Positions 54,124 through 64,000 of a DNA stretch of 64,000 nt are shown in pieces. The notes under the pieces were generated by a model. That model did not search any database. It saw only the letters and a program-made list of their open reading frames with translations, and was not told where the DNA came from. The stretch's first letter is position 1. Each line of letters starts with the position of its first letter. A program made the position numbers and the translations under genes. This stretch comes from an uncultured delta proteobacterium (GTDB lineage: Bacteria; Myxococcota; Myxococcia; SLRQ01): positions 896,001-960,000 of the forward strand of contig CAVSGM010000011.1 of the NCBI GenBank assembly GCA_963727485.1, read 5' to 3'.

Positions 54124-54618
54124 ATGTTCTGCCCCGACTGCCGCTCCGAGTACCGCGCCGGGATCGCCCGGTGCGCCCACTGCGAGGTCGACCTGGTCGA
54201 CACCCTCCCCGAGGAGCGGCCCCTGGGCATCGAGGGGGTCGAAGCGGCGGTGGCCGACGGCACCGCCCTGGTGGTCGCCCGGGGCCCCCTGCAGGCGGTC
54301 AACGGGATGCGCGACGTCCTCGCCCTGAGCCGGGTGCCCACGGTGGTCCGGGCCGACCCCGAGAGCGAGGACCCGACCACCGGCGTCGCCACCCTCTTCG
54401 ACGTGCTGGTCCACCCCGACGACGGCGAGGCGGCCGCCGGGGCCCTGGCCGCGGACTTCCAGGGGCTCATCACCGGCTCGGGCCTCGACGTCGGCGACGA
54501 GGCGGTGGTCGACCTCGACGCCGGGGGCGAGATCACCTGCCCGGCCTGCGGCACCGTGTTCCAGGGCGAGGAGTGCCCGGACTGCGGGCTCTTCCTGGGC
54601 ATCCCCGACGAGGGCTGA
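54124..54618 (+). CDS. Double Zn-ribbon protein (DUF2007-like core)
   Basis: N-terminal CPDC..CAHC and C-terminal CPAC..CPDC. Confidence 0.75.
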   Translation: MFCPDCRSEYRAGIARCAHCEVDLVDTLPEERPLGIEGVEAAVADGTALVVARGPLQAVNGMRDVLALSRVPTVVRADPESEDPTTGVATLFDVLVHPDDGEAAAGALAADFQGLITGSGLDVGDEAVVDLDAGGEITCPACGTVFQGEECPDCGLFLGIPDEG

Positions 54619-54652
54619 CGGCGCCCCGGGGCTCGGTGGTAGGCTTCAGGGG

Positions 54653-55954
54653 ATGACCACCGACGCCGCCCAGGATGCCGCCCAGGAGGTCGCCGCCGCG
54701 GACGTCCGCTGCGCCCGGTGCGGGGCCCCGGCCGTGTGGGACCCCCAGGCCCGGGGCCTCAGGTGCGGCAGCTGCCAGGCGGTGACCCCGGTCGAGGCAC
54801 CGCCGCCGCCGGCCGGGCACACCCTCCAGGACGCGAGCCGGCGGTGGCCCGAACGGCCCCGGCGCCCGGGGAGCTACCGCCTCGGCTGCCCCGAGTGCGG
54901 GGCGGTGGTCGACACCATCCCCGGGGCCCTCACCGGCGCCTGCCCCTTCTGCGGCAGCGGCGCCGTCGCCGAGGTCGCCGACGACGGCCGGTCCTTTCCG
55001 CCGGACGCGGTCCTGCCCTTCACCGTCTCCCGGGAGGTGGCCCGGGCGGGGTACCGCACCTGGCTCGAGGGGCTGTGGTTTCGCCCCCGGGGCCTCCGCC
55101 GCGGGGCCCACCTCGACAGCCTCACCCCGGTCTACGTCCCCTTCTGGGCCTTCGACTTCCAGGCCCTCACCGACTGGCGCGTCGACTACGCCAGCTACGA
55201 GTCCCAGGTGGGGTTCAATGGCGGGAACACCCGGCGCCTGGGCCCCTGGAAGGGGATGACCAGCCAGCACGAGGACGACTACGTCGGCGTCCTGGCCCAG
55301 GGCTCCACCGGCCTCCCCGAGGACCTGTGGCGCCGGCTCGAGCCCTTCCCCCTCGACGACGCCCGGGTCTACGACGGCCGGTTCCTCGCGGGCCACCCCG
55401 CCGGGGCCGCCCGGGTCCAGCCCCTCGAGGCCTGGCAGGGGGTGCGCCAGGCCACCGGCACGCGCGCCCGCCTCGAGTGCGAGGCGCGGGTCCCGGGGGA
55501 CAAGAGCCGAAGGTTCGAGGCGCGGACGAGCTACCACGAGGTCGCCTTCCGCCAGGTGCTCCTCCCGATCTGGGTCGCCGCCTACCGCTACCGGGGGCGG
55601 CCGTTCCGGTTCCTGGTCAACGGCGCCACCGGCGAGGTCCAGGGGCGGGCGCCCTGGAGCTACCTCAAGATCGCCACCCTGGCGGCGGTGCTCCTCGCGG
55701 TCCTCGGGGGCGCCATCTGGGGCGCCGGGGTGCCGCTGACCCGGGCCGCCATCGCCCAGCACCACCAGGCCTGGCTCCGGGCGCACCAGGTGGCCCCGCA
55801 CGCGCCCACGCCCACCGAGCGGCGGACGGCCGAGGAGGCCAGGGCGCGGTCGCTGGGGATCGAGCCGGCGATCCCGCCGGGAAGCAAGCCCGTCCACCTG
55901 CGCCACTTCGGGGGCCGGGAGGACGCGCGCGCGGGCAGGGCGGCCGGGCCATGA
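54653..55954 (+). CDS. YdjG-like Zn-ribbon membrane protein, copy 1
   Basis: Four CxxC motifs, PDAVLPF, VYVPFWAF, LLPIW..YRY....NGATGEV.G, C-terminal TM. Confidence 0.8.
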   Translation: MTTDAAQDAAQEVAAADVRCARCGAPAVWDPQARGLRCGSCQAVTPVEAPPPPAGHTLQDASRRWPERPRRPGSYRLGCPECGAVVDTIPGALTGACPFCGSGAVAEVADDGRSFPPDAVLPFTVSREVARAGYRTWLEGLWFRPRGLRRGAHLDSLTPVYVPFWAFDFQALTDWRVDYASYESQVGFNGGNTRRLGPWKGMTSQHEDDYVGVLAQGSTGLPEDLWRRLEPFPLDDARVYDGRFLAGHPAGAARVQPLEAWQGVRQATGTRARLECEARVPGDKSRRFEARTSYHEVAFRQVLLPIWVAAYRYRGRPFRFLVNGATGEVQGRAPWSYLKIATLAAVLLAVLGGAIWGAGVPLTRAAIAQHHQAWLRAHQVAPHAPTPTERRTAEEARARSLGIEPAIPPGSKPVHLRHFGGREDARAGRAAGP

Positions 55955-57264
55955 GTGGGCCGCGCCAGCCGCCGGATCCGGCCGTCGCCGCCGAGGTGCG
56001 CTGCCCGGGCTGCGGGGCCCCGGTCACCTGGGATCCCGCGTCGAAGGCCCTGCGCTGCGAGAGCTGCGGCGCCCGCACCGAGGTAGCCGCGGAGCCCGGC
56101 GCCGGGACGACGCACACCCTGGAGGAGGCGAGCCACCGCTGGCCCGATCGTCCCCGCCGCCCGGGGATCCTCCGCCTCCAGTGCGCCGAGTGCGGGGCGG
56201 TGGTGGAGGCCCTGCCTGGGGCGCTCACCGCGCGGTGCGCCTTCTGTGGGAGCGCCGAGGTGGCCGAGGCAAAGGACGACGGCCGGTCCTTCCCGCCGGA
56301 CGCGGTGCTCCCCTTCACCGTGTCCCGGGAGGCGGCGACGGCGGCCTACCGGAGGTGGCTCGGCGGCCACTGGCTGCGCCCCGGGGGGCTGGCGCGCCGG
56401 AGCCACCTCGAGCGCCTGACGCCCGTCTACGTACCCTTCTGGGCGTTCTCCTTCGGGAGCCACGTGGACTGGGGGGTCGACGTCGGCCGGGAGCGCGCCG
56501 AGGTCGACGTGGGCCTCATCGGGGCCTCGGCGGGCGAGATGGACTGGAGCCGCGCCACCGGCGACCTCGAGCACACCCGCACTGACGTCCTGGCCCAGGG
56601 ATCCACCGGGGTCCCGGAGGCACTGTGGCGGGCGATCGAGCCGTTCCCGGTCGGCGAGGCGACCCCCTACGATCCGCGTTTCCTCGAGGGCTTCGCCGCC
56701 GAGCACGCACGGCTGCAGCCCCTGCAGGCCTGGGAGTCCGTCCGGGACGCCACCGAGGATCTGGAGCGGGCAGCGGTCGAGGACACCCTCCCCATCGGGC
56801 GGCACCGGCGCCTCTCGATGAAGCTGAGCTACCGCGACGTGGCCTTCCAGCAGGTGCTCCTGCCCATCTGGGTCGCCGCCTACCGCTACCGGGGCGACGC
56901 CTACCGGTTCCTGGTCAACGGCGCCACCGGCGAGGTCCAGGGGAAGCTGCCCGTGAGCCGGCTCCGGGTGGCCGCGGTCGCCCTGGTGGTCCTGGTCGCC
57001 CTCGCGGGGCTGCTCAACGCGATGGGGCCGGCGGTGGTGGGCGCCGCCCGGCACCTCGGGCACGTCGCCGAGCAGGCGCTCCCCGGGTCCCACGCACCTC
57101 CGCCCCGGATGACCCCCGAGGAGCGCGCCCGGGCGGCGGGGCTGACGCCGGCGTCCCACGCCACCGGGCCGGTCCACCTGCGCCACTTCGATGAGCGCCG
57201 CCACCGCTCCGATGGCGGACCGCCGCAGAGGGGGACGTCGCCACCCGGAGGCAGCGGGCGGTGA
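55951..57264 (+). CDS. YdjG-like Zn-ribbon membrane protein, copy 2
   Basis: ATGA overlap; starts MSGPRQPP; same motif set. Confidence 0.8.
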   Translation: MSGPRQPPDPAVAAEVRCPGCGAPVTWDPASKALRCESCGARTEVAAEPGAGTTHTLEEASHRWPDRPRRPGILRLQCAECGAVVEALPGALTARCAFCGSAEVAEAKDDGRSFPPDAVLPFTVSREAATAAYRRWLGGHWLRPGGLARRSHLERLTPVYVPFWAFSFGSHVDWGVDVGRERAEVDVGLIGASAGEMDWSRATGDLEHTRTDVLAQGSTGVPEALWRAIEPFPVGEATPYDPRFLEGFAAEHARLQPLQAWESVRDATEDLERAAVEDTLPIGRHRRLSMKLSYRDVAFQQVLLPIWVAAYRYRGDAYRFLVNGATGEVQGKLPVSRLRVAAVALVVLVALAGLLNAMGPAVVGAARHLGHVAEQALPGSHAPPPRMTPEERARAAGLTPASHATGPVHLRHFDERRHRSDGGPPQRGTSPPGGSGR

Positions 57265-57710
57265 GCGACGCAGCTACCGCCGTCGCCGCCGAGGTGCGCT
57301 GCCCGGGCTGCGGGGCCCCGGTCACCTGGGATCCCGCGTCGAAGGCCCTGCGCTGCGAGAGCTGCGGCGCCCGCACCGAGGTAGCCGCGGAGCCCGGCGC
57401 CGGGACGACGCACACCCTGGAGGAGGCGAGCCACCGCTGGCCCGATCGTCCCCGCCGCCCGGGGATCCTCCGCCTCCAGTGCGCCGAGTGCGGGGCGGTG
57501 GTGGAGGCCCTGCCTGGGGCGCTCACCGCGCGGTGCGCCTTCTGTGGGAGCGCCGAGGTGGCCGAGGCAAAGGACGACGGCCGGTCCTTCCCGCCGGACG
57601 CGGTGCTCCCCTTCACCGTGTCCCGGGAGGCGGCGACGGCGGCCTACCGGAGATGGCTCGGCGGCCACTGGCTGCGCCCCGGGGGGCTGGCGCGCCGGAG
57701 CCACCTCGAG
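55981..57710 (+). repeat. 432-bp direct repeat: 55981-56412 and 57279-57710
   Basis: Manual comparison, offset 1298; the only difference seen is 56355 G vs 57653 A (synonymous AGG/AGA). Confidence 0.9.
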
Positions 57711-58517
57711 TCGTTGGTGCCCGTCTACGTGCCCTTCTTCGCCTTCGACTTTGCGACCCACACCGAGTGGGGCAGCGACCTCGGCCACCTGGAGACGGAC
57801 GTCGACGCTGGCGGCCATGTGCGCCTGCGGGTGAGGGACTGGCGCCGGGTGGTCGGCGAGCTCGACCACCGGTGGCGCGGGGTCCTGGCCCAGGGGTCCA
57901 CGGGCATCCCCGAGGCCCTGTGGCGGAGCCTCGAGCCCTTCCCCGTTGCCGACGCCGCGCCCTACGATCCGCGCTTCCTGGCGGGGTTCGCCGCCGAGGG
58001 GGCCGGGGCCCAGCCGCTTGCCGCCTGGCAGGCGGTGCGCGCCACCACCGAGGCCAGGGAGCGGGAGGCCGCCGCCGCCGAGGTTCCCGAGGGCCAGCAC
58101 CGGAACCTCACCGCCAAGGTCAGCTACCGGGACGTCCACTTTCGCCATGTCCTCCTCCCGGTCTGGGTGGCGGCCTACCGCTACCGGGGCCGGGTGTTCC
58201 GGTTTGGCGTCAACGGTGCCACCGGCGAGGTGGCCGGCCGGGCGCCGAGGAGTGGCTTGCGCCTCGCCGCGGTGGCCCTGGTCGTCCTGGCGCTTCTCGT
58301 GGGTGGCTTCCAGCTGCTCCGTCCGACCCTGGCCGGCCTGGCCCGCCAGGTCGCCGCCACGTTCCCCGCCGAGCGCCCGGTGAAGCACCAGCTCACGCCC
58401 GAGGAGCGGGCCCGGGCCGCGGGGCTGACGCCAGTGCATCGCGCCGGGGGCCCAATCCACCTGCGGCACTTCCACGCCCCGAGCCGGCACCGCGGCGCCG
58501 CGCCCCCTCCGCCTTGA
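57261..58517 (+). CDS. YdjG-like Zn-ribbon membrane protein, copy 3
   Basis: GTGA overlap; same motif set. Confidence 0.8.
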   Translation: MSDAATAVAAEVRCPGCGAPVTWDPASKALRCESCGARTEVAAEPGAGTTHTLEEASHRWPDRPRRPGILRLQCAECGAVVEALPGALTARCAFCGSAEVAEAKDDGRSFPPDAVLPFTVSREAATAAYRRWLGGHWLRPGGLARRSHLESLVPVYVPFFAFDFATHTEWGSDLGHLETDVDAGGHVRLRVRDWRRVVGELDHRWRGVLAQGSTGIPEALWRSLEPFPVADAAPYDPRFLAGFAAEGAGAQPLAAWQAVRATTEAREREAAAAEVPEGQHRNLTAKVSYRDVHFRHVLLPVWVAAYRYRGRVFRFGVNGATGEVAGRAPRSGLRLAAVALVVLALLVGGFQLLRPTLAGLARQVAATFPAERPVKHQLTPEERARAAGLTPVHRAGGPIHLRHFHAPSRHRGAAPPPP

Positions 58518-58548
58518 AAGCCGACCGCCAGGTGGGGTAACAACCGCC

Positions 58549-59567
58549 ATGGCCAACTCGGATCTGTCACGGACGCGAGCTCGTCGACCTCCACATCCAC
58601 GTCGGCGCCTCGGTGGGCCCGCACATCCTCTGGTCCATCGCCCACGCCCAGGGCTACAAGCTGCCGGTGCGGGACTACTGGGAGTTCGTGGACCTGGTCA
58701 CCGCCAGCCCGGCGTCGGTGGGCTCCCTGGAGAGCTACCTCAAGATCCTCCACGAGGTGACCGAGAAGATCCAGTCGAGCCCCATGGCGGTGGAGCGCTC
58801 GGTCTACGAGATCATCGGCAAGGAGTACCGGGGCTCCCACGTCACCCACATCGAGCTGCGCTACAACCCCATGAAGCGCAACCAGGAGGGTGAGCGCGAC
58901 CTCGACCACATCATCCACGCGTCGATCCGCGGGATGGATCGCGCCGTCCTCGAGTACCAGGTGAAGGCCGGGCTCATCTTCTGCCTCGCCCGGGAGTTCA
59001 CCCCCGAGCTCAACGAGATCATCCTCCAGAAGGCCATCCGCTACCGGGGCCGCGGGGTGGTGGGCATCGACCTCGCGGGGACGGAGAAGGGCGCCGTCGA
59101 GCTCAAGGAGGACGAGGTCAAGCGCTACCGGGACATCTACGCCGAGGCCCGGCGCATGGGGCTGGGCACCACGGTGCACACCGGCGAGACCCGTCACACC
59201 TCCGGGGAGGGCGTCGCCGCGGTGGTGGAGCACCTGCGGCCCCACCGCATCGGCCACGGGATCCGGGCGGCGTACTCGGAGCCGGCGATGAAGGTCCTCC
59301 GGGAGACCGGGACCGTCCTGGAGATCTGCCCCACCAGCAACCTCCAGACCAACGCGGTGGAGGGGATGGACGAGCTGGTGCACATCCTCCGGACCTTCGA
59401 CGACCGGGGGGTGCGCTACACCATCAACACCGACGGGACCTACATGCTGGGCACGGACCTGCGCCGGGAGGTGCAGCTCCTCGAGGAGGCGGGCGTCCTC
59501 GACGACGACGCGGCTGCAGCGGTGCCTGGCCACCAGCCGCGAGGCGTCGTTCATCGGCGCCCGGTGA
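58549..59567 (+). CDS. add: Adenosine deaminase family (frameshifts ~58570 and ~59510)
   Basis: DLHIHVG, ELRYNP, GIDLAG, TVHTGE, RIGHG, EICPTSN, INTD; corrected C-terminus ..SREASFIGAR. Confidence 0.88.
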
Positions 59568-59597
59568 CCGCCGGGCCCGGGGGCGCCGGCGGCCGCG

Positions 59598-61336
59598 TCA
59601 GTCGGCGGCGACCCGGAGGACGGTGAGGAGCGCCGGGTCCGGGGTCTCGCCGGCGGCGACCACCGGCCCCACCTCGGCGGCGAGGCGGGCGAGCGCCAGG
59701 GCCTCGAGGGCCGCCGCCGCCTCGGCGTGCTCGGGCCCGGTCGTCGTGAGGCCGTGGTGGAGGGCCTCGGCGAAGGCCGGGGTCACGGCACCCTTCGGGT
59801 CCACGGCCGAGGCCAGGGCCCGGGCGGCGGCGTCCGGGGCGAGGGCCTCGGGGGAGAAGGCCCCCCCGGTGGCGGCCCGGGCGGCGGCGGTGAGGGCCCG
59901 GGTGGACAGGGGCACCGCCTCGGGGTCCGGGTCCGGGAGGACGTGGAGCTCGAGGGCCACGGCCAGGTGCGCGGCGGCCTCGGCGCGGTCGAGGGCCCGG
60001 CCCACGGTCTCGAGATCCGTCGGGCTGGCGAAGGCGCGCCGCCCCGCGGGGGCGTCGACGTCCGGGGCCTCGGCGGCGGCCAGGGCCCCCTCGGGCGCCT
60101 CCGGCCAGCCGGCGGCCAGCGCCCGGTCGAGGGCCACGGCCACCCGGGGGCGGCGACCGGCGACCGCGGCGACCACCGGCCCCTCGGGGGCGTCGAGGAG
60201 GCCGGCGAGGCCGTCCGGGGGCAGGCCGGTCCCGGCGGCGAGGCGGTCCACCCGCCACCCGAGGCGCAGGGTCAGCGAGAAGCCCACCTGGAAGAGGTGC
60301 TTGGGGGCGGCGGTGGCCAGCACCGTCGCCGCCCGGTCGACGTCGCCGCCCGAGAGGTGGGTGAGGGCGAGGTCGAGGTAGGCCCGCATCCGGGCGATGG
60401 CGTCGCGGACCCCGTCCACCTCCGAGGGGTCGACGCCGTCGGCGACCAGGACGGTGTTGGCCAGGTACATCAGGCCCCGGTCGAGGCGGGTGCGGGCGTC
60501 GGCGCCGGTGATGGCGGCGGCGGCCCGGTCCAGGAGGCTCCCGCCGACGAACTCGGCGAGGAAGAACCCGGGGACCTCGTCGGTGGCCGGCGGCTGGGGG
60601 GGAGCTCGGCGTCGGGGTCGACGTAGGCGTAGAGGGCGGCGGCGAGCTCCGCCGGCGGGAAGCCCAGGTCCTCGAGGCGCCCGTTGCGAAAGCGCAGGGC
60701 GTGCTCCTCCATCTCGCTCGCCAGCTCCCAGCGCACCGCCGAGAGGAGCCGCGCGGCGCCGAAGGCATCCTCGGCGTAGAGGTCGTCCACCAGGCGCCGG
60801 AGCTCGGCGCCCTCGAGCTCTCCGAGGTTGTAGGCGATGAGGAAGTTGCCGCAGGGCGTCTTGAACCACTGGTGGTCGCCGGGATCGGTGGTGGGCCGGG
60901 GCTGCTCCTCCTCCTCCCGGATGTCGATGATCTCCAGCCCGTGCTTGAGGATCAGCTCGACCACCTCGAGGTCCAGGGCCTTGAGCTTGGCGTCGTGGGC
61001 CTCGTCGCCGCCCTGGCGCCCCACGGCGAGCCAGCCGAGGACCCGCTCGGGGACCAGGTGCCCGCCGGTCTCCTCGCGCCGCCAGCCGTCGAGGTCGACG
61101 AAGGCCTGGAACTGCTCGGGGCTCGCCAGCGCCACCAGGGGCGCCGCGTCCTGGAGGCCGATCTCCCGGACCAGGAAGTAGAGGTCCTCGGAGGGCAGGG
61201 CGCGGACCAGCTCGCCGGCGTTCTCCCGGTCGAGGATCACGCGCATCCGCTTGAGGCCCACCTCGCGGTGGACGCTCCGCCCGACGGCCTCCACCGGGGC
61301 CGAGAGGGGGACCACCCTGTCGTTGGTGTCGGTCAC
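59598..61336 (-). CDS. DUF6178-like protein (frameshift ~60600 in a G-run)
   Basis: LVRALPSEDLYFLVREIGLQDA..ASPEQFQAFVDLDGW, EEHALRFRNGRLEDLGF, LANTVLVAD, LFQVG. Confidence 0.75.
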
Positions 61337-61481
61337 GGGGCGCCCTTCCAAAGAAGGGAACGGGCCGGCGGCGGCCGCCTCAGGGACCGGCACGACCCCA
61401 TGCCGTGCCAGGCGTCTTCAACCCTGAACGCCCACTTCGCCGACCCGTATCCGGATGCTGCTGGCGCGAGGCCGCCCGGTA

Positions 61482-61673
61482 TCAGGCGACCTTGACGATC
61501 TTGCCGGCCTTGATGCAGCGGGTACACACCCGCACGGTCTTCACCGTGCCCGCCACGTTGGCCTTCACGCGCTGGATGTTGGGGAGCCAACGCCGGCGCG
61601 TCTTGTTGTTCGCGTGGGAGACGTTGTTCCCACTCTGGGGGCCTTTTCCGCAAATCTCGCAACGACGTGCCAT
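61482..61673 (-). CDS. rpmB: 50S ribosomal protein L28
   Basis: [34 protein letters not shown]. Confidence 0.98.
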   Translation of the reverse strand: MARRCEICGKGPQSGNNVSHANNKTRRRWLPNIQRVKANVAGTVKTVRVCTRCIKAGKIVKVA

Positions 61674-61774
61674 GTCTGACTCCGCTGGCGCCAAGGAAGC
61701 GGGCTACTTACACGCTCGTGGGGGCTCGCGCAACCCCCTTTGGGCCCCCGGAGGGTCGTGCTAGCCTCCCCGAC

Positions 61775-62933
61775 ATGCAAGCCGGGCGCATGGTAGCCGC
61801 GATCGCCCTCGTCGGGGCGACGCTGTGGGCCACCCCCGCCCGGGCCCGGGGCCGGGACATGGGGATTATCACCTATGGCACCCCGGAGGCGGCGGTCACC
61901 GCTGCCCGGGACGGCCTCCGGGACGCCGTCTCCGACGCCGGTGGGATTCCGCCTCCGGGCCCTGGGTCGCCGCGAGCGCCGGCGGGTCGAGGCCGAGGCC
62001 GAGCGTTGCCATCTCCGGGCCCCGTGCCTCCGCCGCCTCGCCCGGCGCCTCCACCTGGGCCTCCTGGTGGTCGAGGTTCGCCAGCGCGCCGACGGGGTCG
62101 CCCTGCGCCAGCGCCTGGTCTCCGCCCGTGGGGGTCGGGGGGGCTGGGCCGAGCGCGCCGCCCTCGATCCCACCGAGGTCGGGGCCGCGGCCTACGCCGC
62201 CGCCTTCCAGGCCCTCGGGGGCCGGGGCAGAGGCGAGGTGACCGTCGGCACCCCGGGCCTCACCGGCCAGGTCCGCCTCGGCCCCACGCCCGCGGGCCCG
62301 ACGCCGGTGGTCCGCCGCACGGTCCCCGCCGGGGCGATCCGGATCACCGTGACCGCCGACGGCTACCTCCCCTGGCACCGGCTGGTGGCGGTGCGCCCGG
62401 GGGCGAAGCTGGTCGTCCGGGCCACCCTCTCCCCCAACCCCACCGCCGTGCCCCTGGCGGCCCTGGTGCCCCCGAGCCGGGCGAAGCCCGAGGCCCCGGC
62501 GGCCGGGGCCAAGACCGCCGACGCCCCCGAGGTCCGAAGGGCCCCGCCCCCGCCCGGTGCCGCGCCCGGCGGCCCCGACGTCTCCCCGGCCGCCGTCGCC
62601 CGGGCGGCGGACCAGGTCGACGCCCACCGACACGCCCCGGCCACCCGCCTCCCCGGGACCCGCCCCGGGGTCGGCGCCGGCGCCTGGATCGCGCTGGGCA
62701 CCGGGGCCGCCGCCCTCGCCGTCGGGGCGGTGTTCGGGGTCAGCGCCCAGGGCAACGCCGCCGCCGCCCAGGACCCGGCCACCGCCCAGGTCCTGGTCCC
62801 CGGCCTCAACGGCCGGATGAGCCAGCAGGCCACCGTCGCCAACGTGCTCCTGGCCGCCGGGACGGCGGTCGCCGGGATCGGCACCTGGCTGATGATCCAC
62901 GACCTCTCGAGCGCGCCCGCTACTGATCCTTGA
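61775..62933 (+). CDS. Exported protein with PEGA-like segment and C-terminal hydrophobic hairpin (frameshift ~61947)
   Basis: Signal peptide ending ARA; G.TP....VPAG.IRITV..DGY.PW; C-terminal Gly/Ala-rich helices. Confidence 0.65.
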
Positions 62934-64000
62934 GGGGGTCGTGGCGCTTGGCGGTGCCCGCGACGATCTCCGCGGCCCGCCAGCCCGCCAGCAGCTCCCC
63001 CTCGAGCCCGAGCCCCGGGACCACCTCGCGCCCGGCGAGGACCAGGTTCTTGTAGGGCGTCCGCGGCGGCAGCACCCCCACGCCGTAGGCGGCGTCCCGG
63101 TCGGTCTCCAGGAGGGGGTGGGGCACCAGGCGCGCGCCCCGGGCGGGCCCGCGCCGGGCGAGGTAGGGCGAGCTCGCCGCCACCAGGTGCCGGTCGAGGA
63201 AGGGCATCAGGTCGCCGCGGAGGACGTCCTGGACCTGGCCCTGGACCTCCTCGAGGTAGGCGTCGCCCAGGTCCCGGCGGCTCGCGGGGATGAAGCACGA
63301 GGCCTGGAGCACCACCCGCGCCCGGTCCGGGCCCTCGGGGGTGATGGCGTCGAAGCGCTGGAGCACCAGGCGCCGGGCGACCTCCGGGGCCCCGTCGCCG
63401 GCGAGGTGGATCGCCACCTCCCCGAGGCCCACCGGCCACCCCTCGCGCCGGAGGACCAGGTTCACGGTGAACAGGACCTCCCGGGGGCGGATGGAGTCGA
63501 GGGTCGAGTCGTAGCGCTTGCGGCGGCCGCCGAGGGGGATGAGGCGGCGCAGCACCGCGGCGTCGACCCCGCTCACCAGGAACCGGCACCGGTACTCGGA
63601 GGGATCGCCCAGGACCTTGACCCCGGCGACCCGGCCGCCCTCGACGAGGATCTCCTCGGCGACGGCGTTCCCCCCGCCCACGGACACGCCCCCGAGCTCC
63701 CCGAAGCGCTTGTGGAGGAGGCTGGCGTAGCCGCCCCAGGCCCCGGGGCCGTCGAGGCGGTGGACCCCGTGGAGGAGCCGCGCCGACGCGCGCACGGTGC
63801 GCAGGGGGCTGGCGTCGTCGCTGGCGAGGTAGGTGGAGAGGCGGCCGAGGGTGGCCACCGCCTCGCCGAGGAGGCCCTCGGTGGGGGGCAGGGGCGTGGG
63901 CCGGTCGAGGGGGACGCCCCGGGCGGCGCGGGAGAGCTCCCGGCGCTCGCCGAAGCCGTCAGGGGGCAGGGGGGGCAGGGCGGCGAGCAGCGGGTCGAGG
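62920..64000 (-). CDS. Phytoene-desaturase-like FAD oxidoreductase, C-terminal part (5' end outside window)
   Basis: EEILVEGGRVAGV, TPYKNLVLAGREVVPGLGLEGE; frame open to the window end. Confidence 0.7.
   Translation of the reverse strand, partial: LDPLLAALPPLPPDGFGERRELSRAARGVPLDRPTPLPPTEGLLGEAVATLGRLSTYLASDDASPLRTVRASARLLHGVHRLDGPGAWGGYASLLHKRFGELGGVSVGGGNAVAEEILVEGGRVAGVKVLGDPSEYRCRFLVSGVDAAVLRRLIPLGGRRKRYDSTLDSIRPREVLFTVNLVLRREGWPVGLGEVAIHLAGDGAPEVARRLVLQRFDAITPEGPDRARVVLQASCFIPASRRDLGDAYLEEVQGQVQDVLRGDLMPFLDRHLVAASSPYLARRGPARGARLVPHPLLETDRDAAYGVGVLPPRTPYKNLVLAGREVVPGLGLEGELLAGWRAAEIVAGTAKRHDPLKDQ

Overview
Very GC-rich bacterial chromosomal segment, probably Myxococcota-like. This is inferred from lpxC (diderm), DUF6178- and DUF4388-like genes, many lipoproteins and an FDFT1-type squalene synthase. 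Housekeeping content: tRNA-Leu(CAG), gltB, an Rrf2-sufBCDSU-sufT operon, iscS-iscA, dsbD, yebC-ruvCAB, lpxC, gcvT-H-PA-PB, adenosine deaminase and rpmB. I count 13 single-base frameshifts. Seven are +1 insertions inside or beside GATC and three are in homopolymers, which suggests long-read errors at a modified GATC motif rather than pseudogenes. Most interesting accessory loci: (1) an overlapping 4-gene envelope operon at 38004-43493 (nuclease-OB lipoprotein, triple lamin-tail lipoprotein, second nuclease lipoprotein, ComEA-HhH/outer-membrane beta-barrel fusion), a candidate extracellular nucleic-acid capture/degradation system; (2) a sulfotransferase coupled to a TyrRS/CDPS-like protein of unknown function; (3) three tandem lipoproteins built from ten divergent Cys-patterned domains; (4) three tandem YdjG-like Zn-ribbon paralogues, two of which share a near-identical 432-bp block. 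No CRISPR array, transposase or integrase was seen. All family calls are from motif recognition by eye; no searches were run.
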